A stretch of DNA of 64,000 nucleotides, from NCBI GenBank assembly GCA_964531275.1, contig CAZHDZ010000004.1, positions 73,887 through 137,886 of the forward strand, in the 5' to 3' direction. The notes beneath the pieces were generated by a model. That model did no database searches. It was not told where the DNA came from and saw nothing but the letters and a program-made list of their open reading frames with translations. The position numbers and the translations under genes were made by a program. How positions within the stretch are numbered: position 1 is the stretch's first letter; each line of letters starts with the position of its first letter. This stretch comes from an uncultured Gammaproteobacteria bacterium. GTDB taxonomy: Bacteria > Patescibacteriota > Microgenomatia > Levybacterales > GWA1-39-11. Of the stretch, positions 40,212 through 48,560 are shown in pieces.

Positions 40212-41234
40212 CTAAGCTTTTTTTTCGGTAACAGGTGAGATCACTTCATCTGTTCCTTCAACTTCAATACTATAACCAGTTAGCTTGCTTGCCAATCGAA
40301 CATTCTGACCTTCTTTTCCGATAATTAACGGTAATTCCTCTTTTGGAGCTTTTACAACAACTGATTTTTCTTTTTCATTGACTTCAATTGTAAGATTTTT
40401 TGCTGGAGAAAGAGCGTTAGTAATATAACGAACATGATCATTGCTCCACTGGATAACATCAATCTTCTCAAGGCCATCAACAGCATCAATAACGGCTTGA
40501 ATTCTGACTCCTTTTTGACCTACACAGCTACCTACTGGGTCAATGCCTGACTGATCCGAAGCAACCGCAATTTTTGCTCTAGAGCCTGGCTCGCGCATAA
40601 TTTCTTTAATAACAACACTCCCTGCTGCAACTTCAGGAACTTCTCGACGGAGCAATCCTTCTAGCAAACCGTTGTGAGTTCTGGAAACTATAATCTCTCG
40701 ACCTCTCTTCTCATCTTCTGCAATCTCTACAATATATACGGCAAGCTTCTTATTGAGATAGTAATTTTCATTCTGAATTCTGTGAGATTGTGGAATAATT
40801 GCCTCAGCTTTACCGATATCAACTACGATTGCGCTTCCCGCAAAACGGAGAATCATACCATTTACTACAGTTCCGATTCTTTTTGTGTACTCAGCCATGA
40901 TCGCATCTTTTTCGCGCTCACGAATTTTTTGCAATAACACTTGCTTTGCAGTCTGAGTTGCAATTCTTCCAAAGCCTGGAGGCGTAACGTCTTTTCCTTC
41001 GTAGGTAATCTTTGTTTCTCCAGTATTTGAATTTATTTCTGCTGAATATTTAGCTGCTTCCTTTTCCGCTTCTTCTTCATCGAGTGCTTCAAGAACAGGA
41101 ATAACGTGATCTTTTTTATAAGCAGCAAGAATAGCAGTTTTAATGCTTTCCATGATTATCTCAGGATCTACTCCTCGTTCTGTTGCTATTTGATTTAGTG
41201 CGAGAGAAAACTCGCTTCTTTGTATTGCTGGCAT
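40212..41234 (-). CDS. nusA: Transcription termination/antitermination factor NusA.
   Basis: NusA N-domain, S1 domain (GTVVNGMILRFAGSAIVVDIG) and two KH domains. Start set at MPAIQRSE; the ORF could extend to 41273. Confidence 0.8.
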   Translation of the reverse strand: MPAIQRSEFSLALNQIATERGVDPEIIMESIKTAILAAYKKDHVIPVLEALDEEEAEKEAAKYSAEINSNTGETKITYEGKDVTPPGFGRIATQTAKQVLLQKIREREKDAIMAEYTKRIGTVVNGMILRFAGSAIVVDIGKAEAIIPQSHRIQNENYYLNKKLAVYIVEIAEDEKRGREIIVSRTHNGLLEGLLRREVPEVAAGSVVIKEIMREPGSRAKIAVASDQSGIDPVGSCVGQKGVRIQAVIDAVDGLEKIDVIQWSNDHVRYITNALSPAKNLTIEVNEKEKSVVVKAPKEELPLIIGKEGQNVRLASKLTGYSIEVEGTDEVISPVTEKKA

Positions 41235-41389
41235 AATTACGAAAAATGGTGGCAAGCTTTTGACTACCACCACGACTTCAACATTGTACTAGAAGCTGGT
41301 CATCAAGTCAAGGAAGTGAGGCTAAATTTAGCTATTGTGTAAAAATTTTAGTGATACACTTATTTCTATATTTATATAGATTGTTAGAC

Positions 41390-41420
41390 TTGACAATGCT
41401 CCTACCAAGGATCATATAAT
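41390..41420 (+). promoter_or_regulatory. Sigma70-like promoter (TTGACA, 19 bp spacer, TATAAT) directing transcription into the hairpin-repeat array.
   Basis: TTGACA at 41390..41395 and TATAAT at 41415..41420. Confidence 0.4.
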
Positions 41421-41463
41421 GAACAAGTTCTGTTTTGCCCCTGAACTTATTTTATTTGTTCCC

Positions 41464-41678
41464 ATTTGACCTGCCTACGTTTTTTGTGATGTGGTAGGCA
41501 AAAATTACATTTGACCTGCCTACGGAAAGCGCAAGCGATACGAGGCAAGTCCCAGACAATTTGACCTGCCTACGACGAGTTCCACGAGACGAGGCAGAAA
41601 AATAAATTAGACCTGCCTACGACGAGTTCCACGAGACGAGGCAGAAAAATAAATTAGACCTGCCTATGATACTGTTTA
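41464..41678 (+). repeat. Five direct repeats of ATT(T/A)GACCTGCCTACG (16 nt) with periods 55/50/47/47 bp. Each unit has a (G)AGGCA ... TGCCT(AC) inverted pair. The last two 47-bp units are identical.
   Basis: Repeats at 41464, 41519, 41569, 41616 and 41663. Stem GTAGGCA/TGCCTAC in unit 1, GAGGCA/TGCCTAC in later units. Confidence 0.75.
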
Positions 41679-41703
41679 ACTGCTCAGAATACTAAACAAC
41701 AGC

Positions 41704-41732
41704 ATTTATTTGCTGTTTTTTTGTGGTTAAGC
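41704..41732 (+). terminator. Rho-independent terminator/attenuator-like hairpin (AACAGCA-TTTATT-TGCTGTT + T7) between the repeat array and the downstream gene.
   Basis: 7-bp stem, 6-nt loop, followed by TTTTTTT. Confidence 0.45.
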
Positions 41733-41786
41733 AATTTTATATGCAACTTGGCAGGGGTATCTTTTTTTGAAAGGGGGTGAACATAT

Positions 41787-42380
41787 ATGAATATCAAACA
41801 AAAATTAACATCAGCAGCAGTTGCTGGAGCAATGATGGCGAGTGTAGTAGCCCCGTCAGCATTTGCTGCAAATACTGTTACTGTGAAAGGCGGAGGAGCT
41901 TTTAGCTCTTCAAAGGCTGTAGTTGTAAATAAAAAAACAACAACAGTTGGCCAATCAAACTCAACAGTCGTGCAAACAAATATCGGTCAGAAAGCCTCAA
42001 CAGGTGGCAATTCTTCCTCATTCAACACAGGAGGAACTAGCTCAATCAAAACCGGTAGCGCATCTAATACTGCAGGAGTACACGTTACTGGAGGAACAAA
42101 TACCTACACAACCGATTGCGGATGTGAAGGAAATGGTTCAACTACCATAACTGTAACCGGTGGAGGAGCTTTTAGCTCTTCAAAGGCAATAGTCAAAAAT
42201 ATTTCTACAACTACCGTTAGCCAGTCTAACTCAACAGTAGTAGGAACTTCAATTTGGCAAAGCTCTTCAACTGGACATAATAGCTCAAGCTTCAATACTA
42301 ATGGTGGAGGCACTATCGAAACAGAAGGAGCTACTAATACAGCAGCAGTTGTAGTTGGTGGATCTACAAACACTAACTAG
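41787..42380 (+). CDS. Secreted Asn/Thr/Gly/Ser-rich repeat protein (197 aa) with a signal peptide and a CGCEG motif. Member of the surface-protein family in this cluster.
   Basis: Strong RBS AAGGGGGTGA. Signal peptide AVAGAMMASVVAPSAFA. Two ~85-aa repeats (VTVKGGGAFSSSKAVV...STVVQTNIGQ...TGGNSSSFNTGG). Confidence 0.6.
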   Translation: MNIKQKLTSAAVAGAMMASVVAPSAFAANTVTVKGGGAFSSSKAVVVNKKTTTVGQSNSTVVQTNIGQKASTGGNSSSFNTGGTSSIKTGSASNTAGVHVTGGTNTYTTDCGCEGNGSTTITVTGGGAFSSSKAIVKNISTTTVSQSNSTVVGTSIWQSSSTGHNSSSFNTNGGGTIETEGATNTAAVVVGGSTNTN

Positions 42381-42405
42381 TAAAAAAGTTCTTGCAAGAA
42401 TTTTC

Positions 42406-42439
42406 AAACCCTCCCCTGATCAAGGAGGGTTTGTTTTTT
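42406..42439 (+). terminator. Rho-independent terminator (AAACCCTCC-loop-GGAGGGTTT + T-run).
   Basis: Perfect 9-bp stem followed by GTTTTTT. Lies 25 bp after the stop of 41787..42380. Confidence 0.7.
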
Positions 42440-42496
42440 AGTAAAAGGTCTAAGATTGCCTAGCCACAATACAAAAAATTAGTGGGAGGAATAATA

Positions 42497-42775
42497 TTAA
42501 AAAAACGAAAGAAAAATCATTAGAAGCATTGGGAGAAAGAGCATTAAGCAGAACAACCATAGTACTGAAGCAATCCTTATAGACAAAATTACTCGTGGAT
42601 CTTTAAGCTGTTTTAATCGGGCTTTTACTATTGCTCCATATAGAGGCACTCCGCCAAAAAGTTTTAATTTAGTTTCTTCAGTTTTAATCTCAAGATTTCG
42701 AATACTATCTGGTTTTATAATCAAAAAACAACAAACTGCAATGCAGAAAATCAAATAGATACCAAATAGTAGCAT
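42497..42775 (-). CDS. Small hypothetical membrane protein.
   Basis: 92 aa, two to three TM segments. Confidence 0.35.
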   Translation of the reverse strand: MLLFGIYLIFCIAVCCFLIIKPDSIRNLEIKTEETKLKLFGGVPLYGAIVKARLKQLKDPRVILSIRIASVLWLFCLMLFLPMLLMIFLSFF

Positions 42776-42788
42776 TGTTACATCTTAA

Positions 42789-43343
42789 CTATGATGGTTT
42801 TGCAAATACAAGAAGTCTTTGAAGAGCAGTCCCAATCGGAGTACATGTTTGAAGAATCAAGACATCTCCTTGGTCTTCTTTTAAATACTTTACGTCACTT
42901 GGCCAGACCGTTTTTTTTTCATACACCCTATATATATAGGAAAGACCATTTTTTCTGATGATAATTTCATCTCCATTCTTTACAAATTCCAACTTAAAAA
43001 AAGCAGTGTTATATCGAGTTATTCTCCATGGGACATCGGATGAGTGTGCAAACATATAAACAGTCCCCTTTTCTCCAGGCATACTAGTTCCTTTTGCCTG
43101 AGCTACCCCGTTCTTTAGCTTTTCTATATATTCACTCTCATTGAAAGGATCAACATTGGGAATTACTTTTGAGAAAATCTTTTGCGATGGAATTTCAATA
43201 GAAAAATCGGAAGAGATACGTTGCTCTTGAGATATGTTGGGAGGAAAGAAGAACTCCTTAATAAATGGATAATATATAAAATTTAGGCCAATAAGGGAGG
43301 CAACAATCAGAATGTTTCCTAATATTTTTGAATTCAAACGCAT
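42789..43343 (-). CDS. Sortase-family transpeptidase (second copy in the window).
   Basis: N-terminal TM, His region (YMFAHSSDVPW), active-site LILQTCTP, conserved Arg (LQRL). Confidence 0.65.
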   Translation of the reverse strand: MRLNSKILGNILIVASLIGLNFIYYPFIKEFFFPPNISQEQRISSDFSIEIPSQKIFSKVIPNVDPFNESEYIEKLKNGVAQAKGTSMPGEKGTVYMFAHSSDVPWRITRYNTAFFKLEFVKNGDEIIIRKNGLSYIYRVYEKKTVWPSDVKYLKEDQGDVLILQTCTPIGTALQRLLVFAKPS

Positions 43344-43384
43344 GTTCGTATATTAGTTTATAAACAAGCATTAATCAAATAGGC

Positions 43385-43413
43385 ACAAAAAAACCCTTTT
43401 AAAAGGGTTTTTG
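43385..43413 (-). terminator. Palindromic hairpin AAAACCCTTTT/AAAAGGGTTTT with flanking A/T runs. Terminator for the upstream minus-strand surface-protein gene, possibly bidirectional.
   Basis: Perfect 10-bp palindrome. On the minus strand it is followed by TTTTTTTGTG. Confidence 0.6.
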
Positions 43414-43433
43414 AGGTTAAAGATGGGCCACCA

Positions 43434-44546
43434 TTATGCAATAGCTGGTGGAGACTTAGAAGAGTAAAACCGCAGATACAGCCCAGCTAAGAACATGAAT
43501 ATAAATATGATTGTTGCAACAAAAGTTAATGGAATAGTAAGCCCAGTCCTTGGAAGACTTGTTCCCGGTGTGTTGCTTGAGCCTGCGCTACCACTTGCAC
43601 CCTGTACAATTGATGTTCCGGTTGAAGGATTCTGAGGTTGGGTAGGGCTTGTGGGCTGCTCCGGTTGTTCTGGAGTCTCACATTCACAATCAACGTCAAC
43701 TATGCTTGAGTTGATATTCTCATTCTCTACAGTTATATCGCTCTTTATATCTCCGGTTATAATAACTGAGTCCCCAAGATTTGCTAAAGTGCTATTGCCA
43801 CCAGTGTTCAATTCGTGCTCAATATTATTAAGAATATCTGCAATATTCAGAACCTCAATATCAATTTCACTATCATTATTAATAGCTGAATCATTCTCCG
43901 AGTATGCTCCATTACCCTCAATAACAATTGCTGACGTTCCAACAGATGAATCAACTGAATTAAAGCTATTGTTGATATTCTTATTTAAGACATTTGTGGT
44001 AGCTTTTATATTGCCCGTAACAATCGTTGAGTTGCCGCCATTAAATGAAGCTGAATTATTTCCGGTATTGGCATTAACTTTAATATTGTTAGTAATAGCT
44101 GCCCTATTTATCTGCCCAACACTTACCCCATTGTTATGATTTATGTAGGAAGAGTTATCTGATCCGGTACCATTGCCTGAGACTGTGCTACTTATGTTTT
44201 GTATGCAATTGCAGGTATTACCTATTGCCTTATTGGAGTTGATATTTTGATTATTAATAGCAGTCGTAGTATCAGCATTACCCGTAGATATAACTGAATC
44301 TCCATTTGTGTTTGAGGTAGCGGAATTATTGCCAGTATTGGCGTTAGCTGCAATATTGTTATTAATGTCTGCTGTATTATTCTGAGCTACGGATGTGTTA
44401 TTTGAAGATTCTACATGCACCTCGTTTGAAGATCCTGCCCCATTTCCCGTAACCTCAACAGTAATTTCCTCTGCTTTTATTTGAGTGACTAAGGTTAAAT
44501 TGAGAAGTAAACAGGCTGAGAAAATAACAGCCTTACGTAAAATCAC
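43434..44546 (-). CDS. Secreted Asn/Thr/Gly-rich repeat surface protein with a C-terminal LPRTG sorting signal (probable sortase substrate).
   Basis: Likely GTG start overlapping the upstream TGA (GTGA); the alternative ATG start at 44648 would overlap the upstream gene by ~100 nt. Signal peptide ILRKAVIFSACLLLNLTLVTQIKA. Repeats ANTGNNSA..NTNGDSVISTGNA. DCECE motif. LPRTG + TM + RFYSSK tail. Confidence 0.6.
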   Translation of the reverse strand: MILRKAVIFSACLLLNLTLVTQIKAEEITVEVTGNGAGSSNEVHVESSNNTSVAQNNTADINNNIAANANTGNNSATSNTNGDSVISTGNADTTTAINNQNINSNKAIGNTCNCIQNISSTVSGNGTGSDNSSYINHNNGVSVGQINRAAITNNIKVNANTGNNSASFNGGNSTIVTGNIKATTNVLNKNINNSFNSVDSSVGTSAIVIEGNGAYSENDSAINNDSEIDIEVLNIADILNNIEHELNTGGNSTLANLGDSVIITGDIKSDITVENENINSSIVDVDCECETPEQPEQPTSPTQPQNPSTGTSIVQGASGSAGSSNTPGTSLPRTGLTIPLTFVATIIFIFMFLAGLYLRFYSSKSPPAIA

Positions 44547-46732
44547 AGGAAGAGATGTATTCCTCGTAGCGCGAGTTTTTGGACAGGAACAAATGATTTT
44601 TTGAAAAGAAGTGCCATTCCAGCAAGTGGAAGTGCCATAATCAACCATGCAAGATTTATATGAAGTTTTTTATCAGCTACTGCTGCAGAACCGTCTTGCC
44701 CTACGCTTTTTGCAACAGTAGCCTCATGTAAGTTTGAACTCTTTGTGTTTGAACCTTTGACAGTTCCTACAACGTCGTCATTTTGATCTTCATAAGTAAC
44801 TGTGCCATTAGCAACTTCTACTTGAGCGTTACCCTTTGCACTAGCAACAGTAGATGAAGAATTTGAGTTTGAATGAGACGAAGCGCTATTACTGTTATTT
44901 TCAGATGAATTATTTGAAGAATGGCTTCTCTGCTGTTGTCCTGGGGCAACAAAGTCTCCGAGCCAAGATCCTCCTCCAAAGATGTTAATAACTGTTACAA
45001 ATAGCTTTCCTCCGCCTGTAATATTATTATTAACAAAGTTGACTATATTAGCTACAATTGTTGCATCTCCAGTCACAATATTTGAATCCCCACCTGTGTT
45101 GTAATTTGCCTGATTTCCGCCAGTGTTTGCTGATAGATTAAGCTCGTTATTTATGTTTGCAGTATTAGTCTGGGTTGTTGTGTTGCTGTTAGTGGTTGAA
45201 GCATTTGCATTATTGCCAGATCCTGCGCCGTTTGCATTATTTTTTGCTGTTACTGCCCCCGTTATTGGGTCTACCTCAAATTCCGTTCCTTCTGATCCTG
45301 CCATGCTTGCCCCATCTGCAGCTCCCATAATCTTTCCAAGCCATCGTCCTCCTTCATTAACTATAACTAACCACCAATTTCCACCTGCTATGTTGCTGTT
45401 TGCGATATTTAGAACATTAGCCGTTACGTCACTTGAACCAGTTACTATATTTGAATTTCCATCAGTATTAAAGTTACTGTCATTGTCTCCAGTTGTAGTA
45501 TTTAACTCAAGGTCGTTATTAATAGAAGCGTCATTAGATTGGAATGTGTTGTTGTTATTTGTTGTTGAAGTATTTGCATTATTGTCAGATCCAGCGCCGT
45601 TGCCTGTATTTGCAGCTGTTGTTGGCCCTCCACATGTTCCGCCACAAGCCGCATTCATTGCCTCTTCGGTAAGGATAATATCTCCAACTAAGTCTCCGAA
45701 GATATTAACTACTCCATATATTACGTTTCCAGCGATATTATTATTGGCGAATGTTAGGACATTCGCACTCACATTAGCGTCTCCAGTAGTTATTGATGAG
45801 TCTCCTCCGGTATTGAAGTTGGCTTCGTTGTCACCAGAATTTGCTGAAAGATTTAGTGTGCTTCCAACAGATGCATTATTATTCTGATTTGTACTGTTAT
45901 TATTTGTAGTTGAGGAATTTGCATTATTGTCAGAATTTGCACCATTGCCTGAATTATTTACACTAAGTGCTTGACCACCGCACCCTTGGATACAGTTTGC
46001 CCCAAAGTCTAAGATGATATCTCCATTGTGATCATCTGCAATATTAAATTCGCTTATCGCTACTCCGTCTACATTTGTATTAACAGCCGTAACTACAGTC
46101 CCAGTAGTATTTGCGTCTCCAGTAGTTACTGATGAGTCGCCTACGTTAAATGAGGTTGAATTACCCCCAGTAACAGTTGCTTGATTAAGGTTGTTAGAAA
46201 CATGAGCTCCGTTATTTTGATTTGTATTATTATTGTTAGTTGTTGAAGCGCTTGCATTATTATCAGATCCTGCTCCGTTTCCAGTGTTTGCTGCTGATGT
46301 CCCAGCTCCTCCAGCTCCTCCGTCGGTCGCTAAATTATTATTACCAGTAGTTGTAGTGGTTGAATTGTTATTTGCATCACCAGTATTTACAGCAGTATCT
46401 CCAACAGCTCCATTTGAAGAAGTCCCTTGACTAGATGTTGGATTCTGTTGATCTTGATTGGTCTGATTTGATTCATTATTGACTCCACCCTGCCAATTTC
46501 CACTTGGAGATTTTGGTGCTTGAGGAGCAGTAGGCATTTGTGGTGCTTGAGGAGCTACTGGTGCAGCCGGGGTTGCTGGTGAAGCTGGAGCAACAGGTGC
46601 CTCAGGTGCAGCTGGAGCAACAGGTGCAGCCGGCGTAGGAATTTCCTGGGCAAATGCAGCAGCAGGGACTAATACCTTTATGGTCAAAAGGAATATTAAA
46701 AGTGAACTTGCAATTGTTTTTCTTAATTTCAT
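44543..46732 (-). CDS. Large secreted Asn/Thr/Gly-rich repeat surface protein (729 aa) with an N-terminal Pro/Ala-rich linker and a C-terminal hydrophobic anchor (LPLAG-like).
   Basis: Signal peptide. PAAPVAPAAPEAPVAP linker. Four repeats of NTGNGAGSDNNA...TGDN.ANFNTGGDS.I.TGDA.V.ANVL..AN.NIAG. Confidence 0.6.
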   Translation of the reverse strand: MKLRKTIASSLLIFLLTIKVLVPAAAFAQEIPTPAAPVAPAAPEAPVAPASPATPAAPVAPQAPQMPTAPQAPKSPSGNWQGGVNNESNQTNQDQQNPTSSQGTSSNGAVGDTAVNTGDANNNSTTTTTGNNNLATDGGAGGAGTSAANTGNGAGSDNNASASTTNNNNTNQNNGAHVSNNLNQATVTGGNSTSFNVGDSSVTTGDANTTGTVVTAVNTNVDGVAISEFNIADDHNGDIILDFGANCIQGCGGQALSVNNSGNGANSDNNANSSTTNNNSTNQNNNASVGSTLNLSANSGDNEANFNTGGDSSITTGDANVSANVLTFANNNIAGNVIYGVVNIFGDLVGDIILTEEAMNAACGGTCGGPTTAANTGNGAGSDNNANTSTTNNNNTFQSNDASINNDLELNTTTGDNDSNFNTDGNSNIVTGSSDVTANVLNIANSNIAGGNWWLVIVNEGGRWLGKIMGAADGASMAGSEGTEFEVDPITGAVTAKNNANGAGSGNNANASTTNSNTTTQTNTANINNELNLSANTGGNQANYNTGGDSNIVTGDATIVANIVNFVNNNITGGGKLFVTVINIFGGGSWLGDFVAPGQQQRSHSSNNSSENNSNSASSHSNSNSSSTVASAKGNAQVEVANGTVTYEDQNDDVVGTVKGSNTKSSNLHEATVAKSVGQDGSAAVADKKLHINLAWLIMALPLAGMALLFKKSFVPVQKLALRGIHLFL

Positions 46733-46838
46733 ATTTTTATTTATTGTTTTAACTATCTTTTTTTTATTTTTATTCTATTCATCTTGGATTGTAGGGCACT
46801 TTGCCGAAGTGCTAGCATTGCACCCTACAAAACCAAAA

Positions 46839-48095
46839 TTAGTTAGACATTCCGAAGATTGCCCAAAGTGCTGCAAAGTTGAAAGAAAAGTCAACTTCTG
46901 GCATTTCTGGCATATCGAATGGAAGAGATCCAACTGAGTTAACGTTACCTGAGTTTGAAACTGAAGTTGAAGATTTTGCATTTCCAGTTACAATTGCTGG
47001 GTCAGTTTCGTGATCCACTGATCCTGTGTTGTATCCTGCTTCATTATCTCCTGTTTCTGCGTCATCAACATCAACATTGTTATCTAAGTTAGCTGCATTA
47101 TTTTGTGCAACTGCCTTAGCGTTAGCTAGGTTAAGTCCGATATAATTATCGTCCTTATCCCACCATTTGTGATCTGTGTCAGCGCCGTTTCCTGCAATTT
47201 TTGCAGTTACGTCGAATTCACATCCACAATCTACATCAGCGAAATTAAAGTTAACAGAATTGTCAACTCCAACTTCAACATCTGAGTTACCAGTAAGGAT
47301 AACTACGTCGCCTCCTGTATTAAAGTTAGCATCGTTGTCTCCTGTTTCGGCGTCAACATCAACTTCGTTGTCGATATCTGCATTGTTGTTTTGAGCAACA
47401 GATGTAGCATTTGTCATTGAAGCTAATATTTCATTGTCGCTTCCAGCGCCGTTTCCGACGATTGTGAAGCTAGCCTGTGGTGTTGGTGTAGCGCTCATGC
47501 CTCCACCTACTTGTGCTGAATTAACATTAGCAAGTGTAGAAACATCAACGTTTACCTTTGCATTACCAGTTTTGATAACAACATCGCCACCAGTATTTAG
47601 GCCTGCTTTGTTGTCTCCGGTTTCTGCATCTACATCTACGTTATTGTCAACGTTTGCTGTGTTATTCTGAGCAACGGTTGTAGCATTAACATTTGTTAGT
47701 CCTACTCCATTGTTAGACTTAGCTCCGTTTCCTGAGATTTTAACTTCAGTGTTTGAAGCACCACAACAATCAACATTTGCAATGTTCTTATTAAGATCAT
47801 TAGCAACTGTTGCGTTTACTTTTGCATCGCCAGTTTGAATACCTACGTTTCCGCCAGTATTGTAATTAGCTTTGTTATCTCCAGTATCTGCGTTGGTTTT
47901 TACTGTATTTGTAACATTAGCTGTGTTGTTCTGAGAAACGGTTGTAGTGTTGGTATTTTGAACAGCAACATTGCTGTCAGCTCCAGCTCCGTTTCCAGAG
48001 ATTTCGATAGTAGTAGCGAATGCTGGAGTTGCGATATTTGCAACCATAACTCCTGCTGTTACTACTGAGAAAATTTGTTTTTTGAAATTTGTCAT
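46839..48095 (-). CDS. Secreted Asn/Thr/Gly-rich repeat surface protein (418 aa) with VDCGCE / VDCCG motifs.
   Basis: Strong RBS GAGGAGGTG. Signal peptide VVTAGVMVANIATPAFA. About four ~75-aa repeats (ISGNGAGSDN...VAQNN.A.VDN.VDVDAETGDN.A..NTGGDVVI.TGNA.V). Confidence 0.65.
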   Translation of the reverse strand: MTNFKKQIFSVVTAGVMVANIATPAFATTIEISGNGAGADSNVAVQNTNTTTVSQNNTANVTNTVKTNADTGDNKANYNTGGNVGIQTGDAKVNATVANDLNKNIANVDCCGASNTEVKISGNGAKSNNGVGLTNVNATTVAQNNTANVDNNVDVDAETGDNKAGLNTGGDVVIKTGNAKVNVDVSTLANVNSAQVGGGMSATPTPQASFTIVGNGAGSDNEILASMTNATSVAQNNNADIDNEVDVDAETGDNDANFNTGGDVVILTGNSDVEVGVDNSVNFNFADVDCGCEFDVTAKIAGNGADTDHKWWDKDDNYIGLNLANAKAVAQNNAANLDNNVDVDDAETGDNEAGYNTGSVDHETDPAIVTGNAKSSTSVSNSGNVNSVGSLPFDMPEMPEVDFSFNFAALWAIFGMSN

Positions 48096-48218
48096 ATATA
48101 TTTCACCTCCTCTTTATTAAGATTTCTTTTTCAAGAGCACTTCGTCTCTCCCGCCTAGACTTGCTTGCGCGAGTCAGGTGGGATCTCCCGCCTATTTTTA
48201 TTCCCGGTAGCCCCAAGA

Positions 48219-48276
48219 AACAAAAAAACGGAGACTTCCGCACACAAAAACAATTGTGTGAAGAAGCCTCCGTTTG
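48219..48276 (-). terminator. Compound hairpin (AAACGGAG...CACACAA-AAAC-TTGTGTG...CTCCGTTT) followed on the minus strand by a T-run. Probable terminator of the small upstream gene.
   Basis: Nested 8-bp and 7-bp stems. CAAAAAAA on the plus strand gives TTTTTTTG immediately after the hairpin on the minus strand. Confidence 0.5.
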
Positions 48277-48345
48277 CGGTCAGCTCTCTAATTTATTAAC
48301 TTATACTCTATCTAAATTGGACTGTCAAGATCTAATTAGTTACTG

Positions 48346-48546
48346 TTATATAACTTTTACCGGATTTTGAAATTCCTTATTTTGTTCTAGATCCATACTT
48401 GTCTTATGTATATTTCTAACAGTTATCTGAGTGATAATTTTATTTTGAACGAAGATTTCGATACTGCCAAATTTTACGCTCTCCAAGGCAGTCTTTATCT
48501 CGTCTAGCAGATGGGCCGGTATTTGTTTTTGGTTTGCCTTCATCAT
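48346..48546 (-). CDS. Small hypothetical protein (66 aa).
   Basis: Intact ORF with a plausible terminator downstream. No homology recognised. Confidence 0.3.
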   Translation of the reverse strand: MMKANQKQIPAHLLDEIKTALESVKFGSIEIFVQNKIITQITVRNIHKTSMDLEQNKEFQNPVKVI

Positions 48547-48560
48547 GAGTCAAAACCTAT

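Noticed and set aside
40212-41273. Longer NusA start at 41273 (MVVVKSLPPFFVIM...).
   Set aside because: The N-terminal 13 residues are hydrophobic and atypical for NusA. The internal Met (MPAIQRSE, 41234) gives a canonical N-terminus. Both remain possible.
41464-41678. Possible small CRISPR array (regularly spaced direct repeats with spacers).
   Set aside because: Repeat core is only ~16 nt and periods are 47-55 bp. Two adjacent spacers are identical. Spacers contain sequence complementary to the repeat (hairpins). No cas genes are in the window. Better explained as a structured leader or operator repeat array.
45123-45887. 254-aa plus-strand ORF, and others at 43651..44139, 46233..46430, 47176..47670, antisense to the surface-protein genes.
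   Set aside because: Low-complexity Pro/Ala/Leu-rich translations typical of the antisense frame of Asn/Thr/Gly-rich genes. The sense-strand genes have signal peptides, RBSs and repeat structure.
46783-46830. Hairpin (GCACTT-TGCCG-AAGTGC within a larger imperfect inverted repeat) that might be a terminator for the 46839..48095 gene.
   Set aside because: The T-run lies on the wrong side for either strand (T-rich 5' of the hairpin on plus, A-rich 3' on minus). Not called as an intrinsic terminator, though it may be a regulatory structure upstream of 44543..46732.
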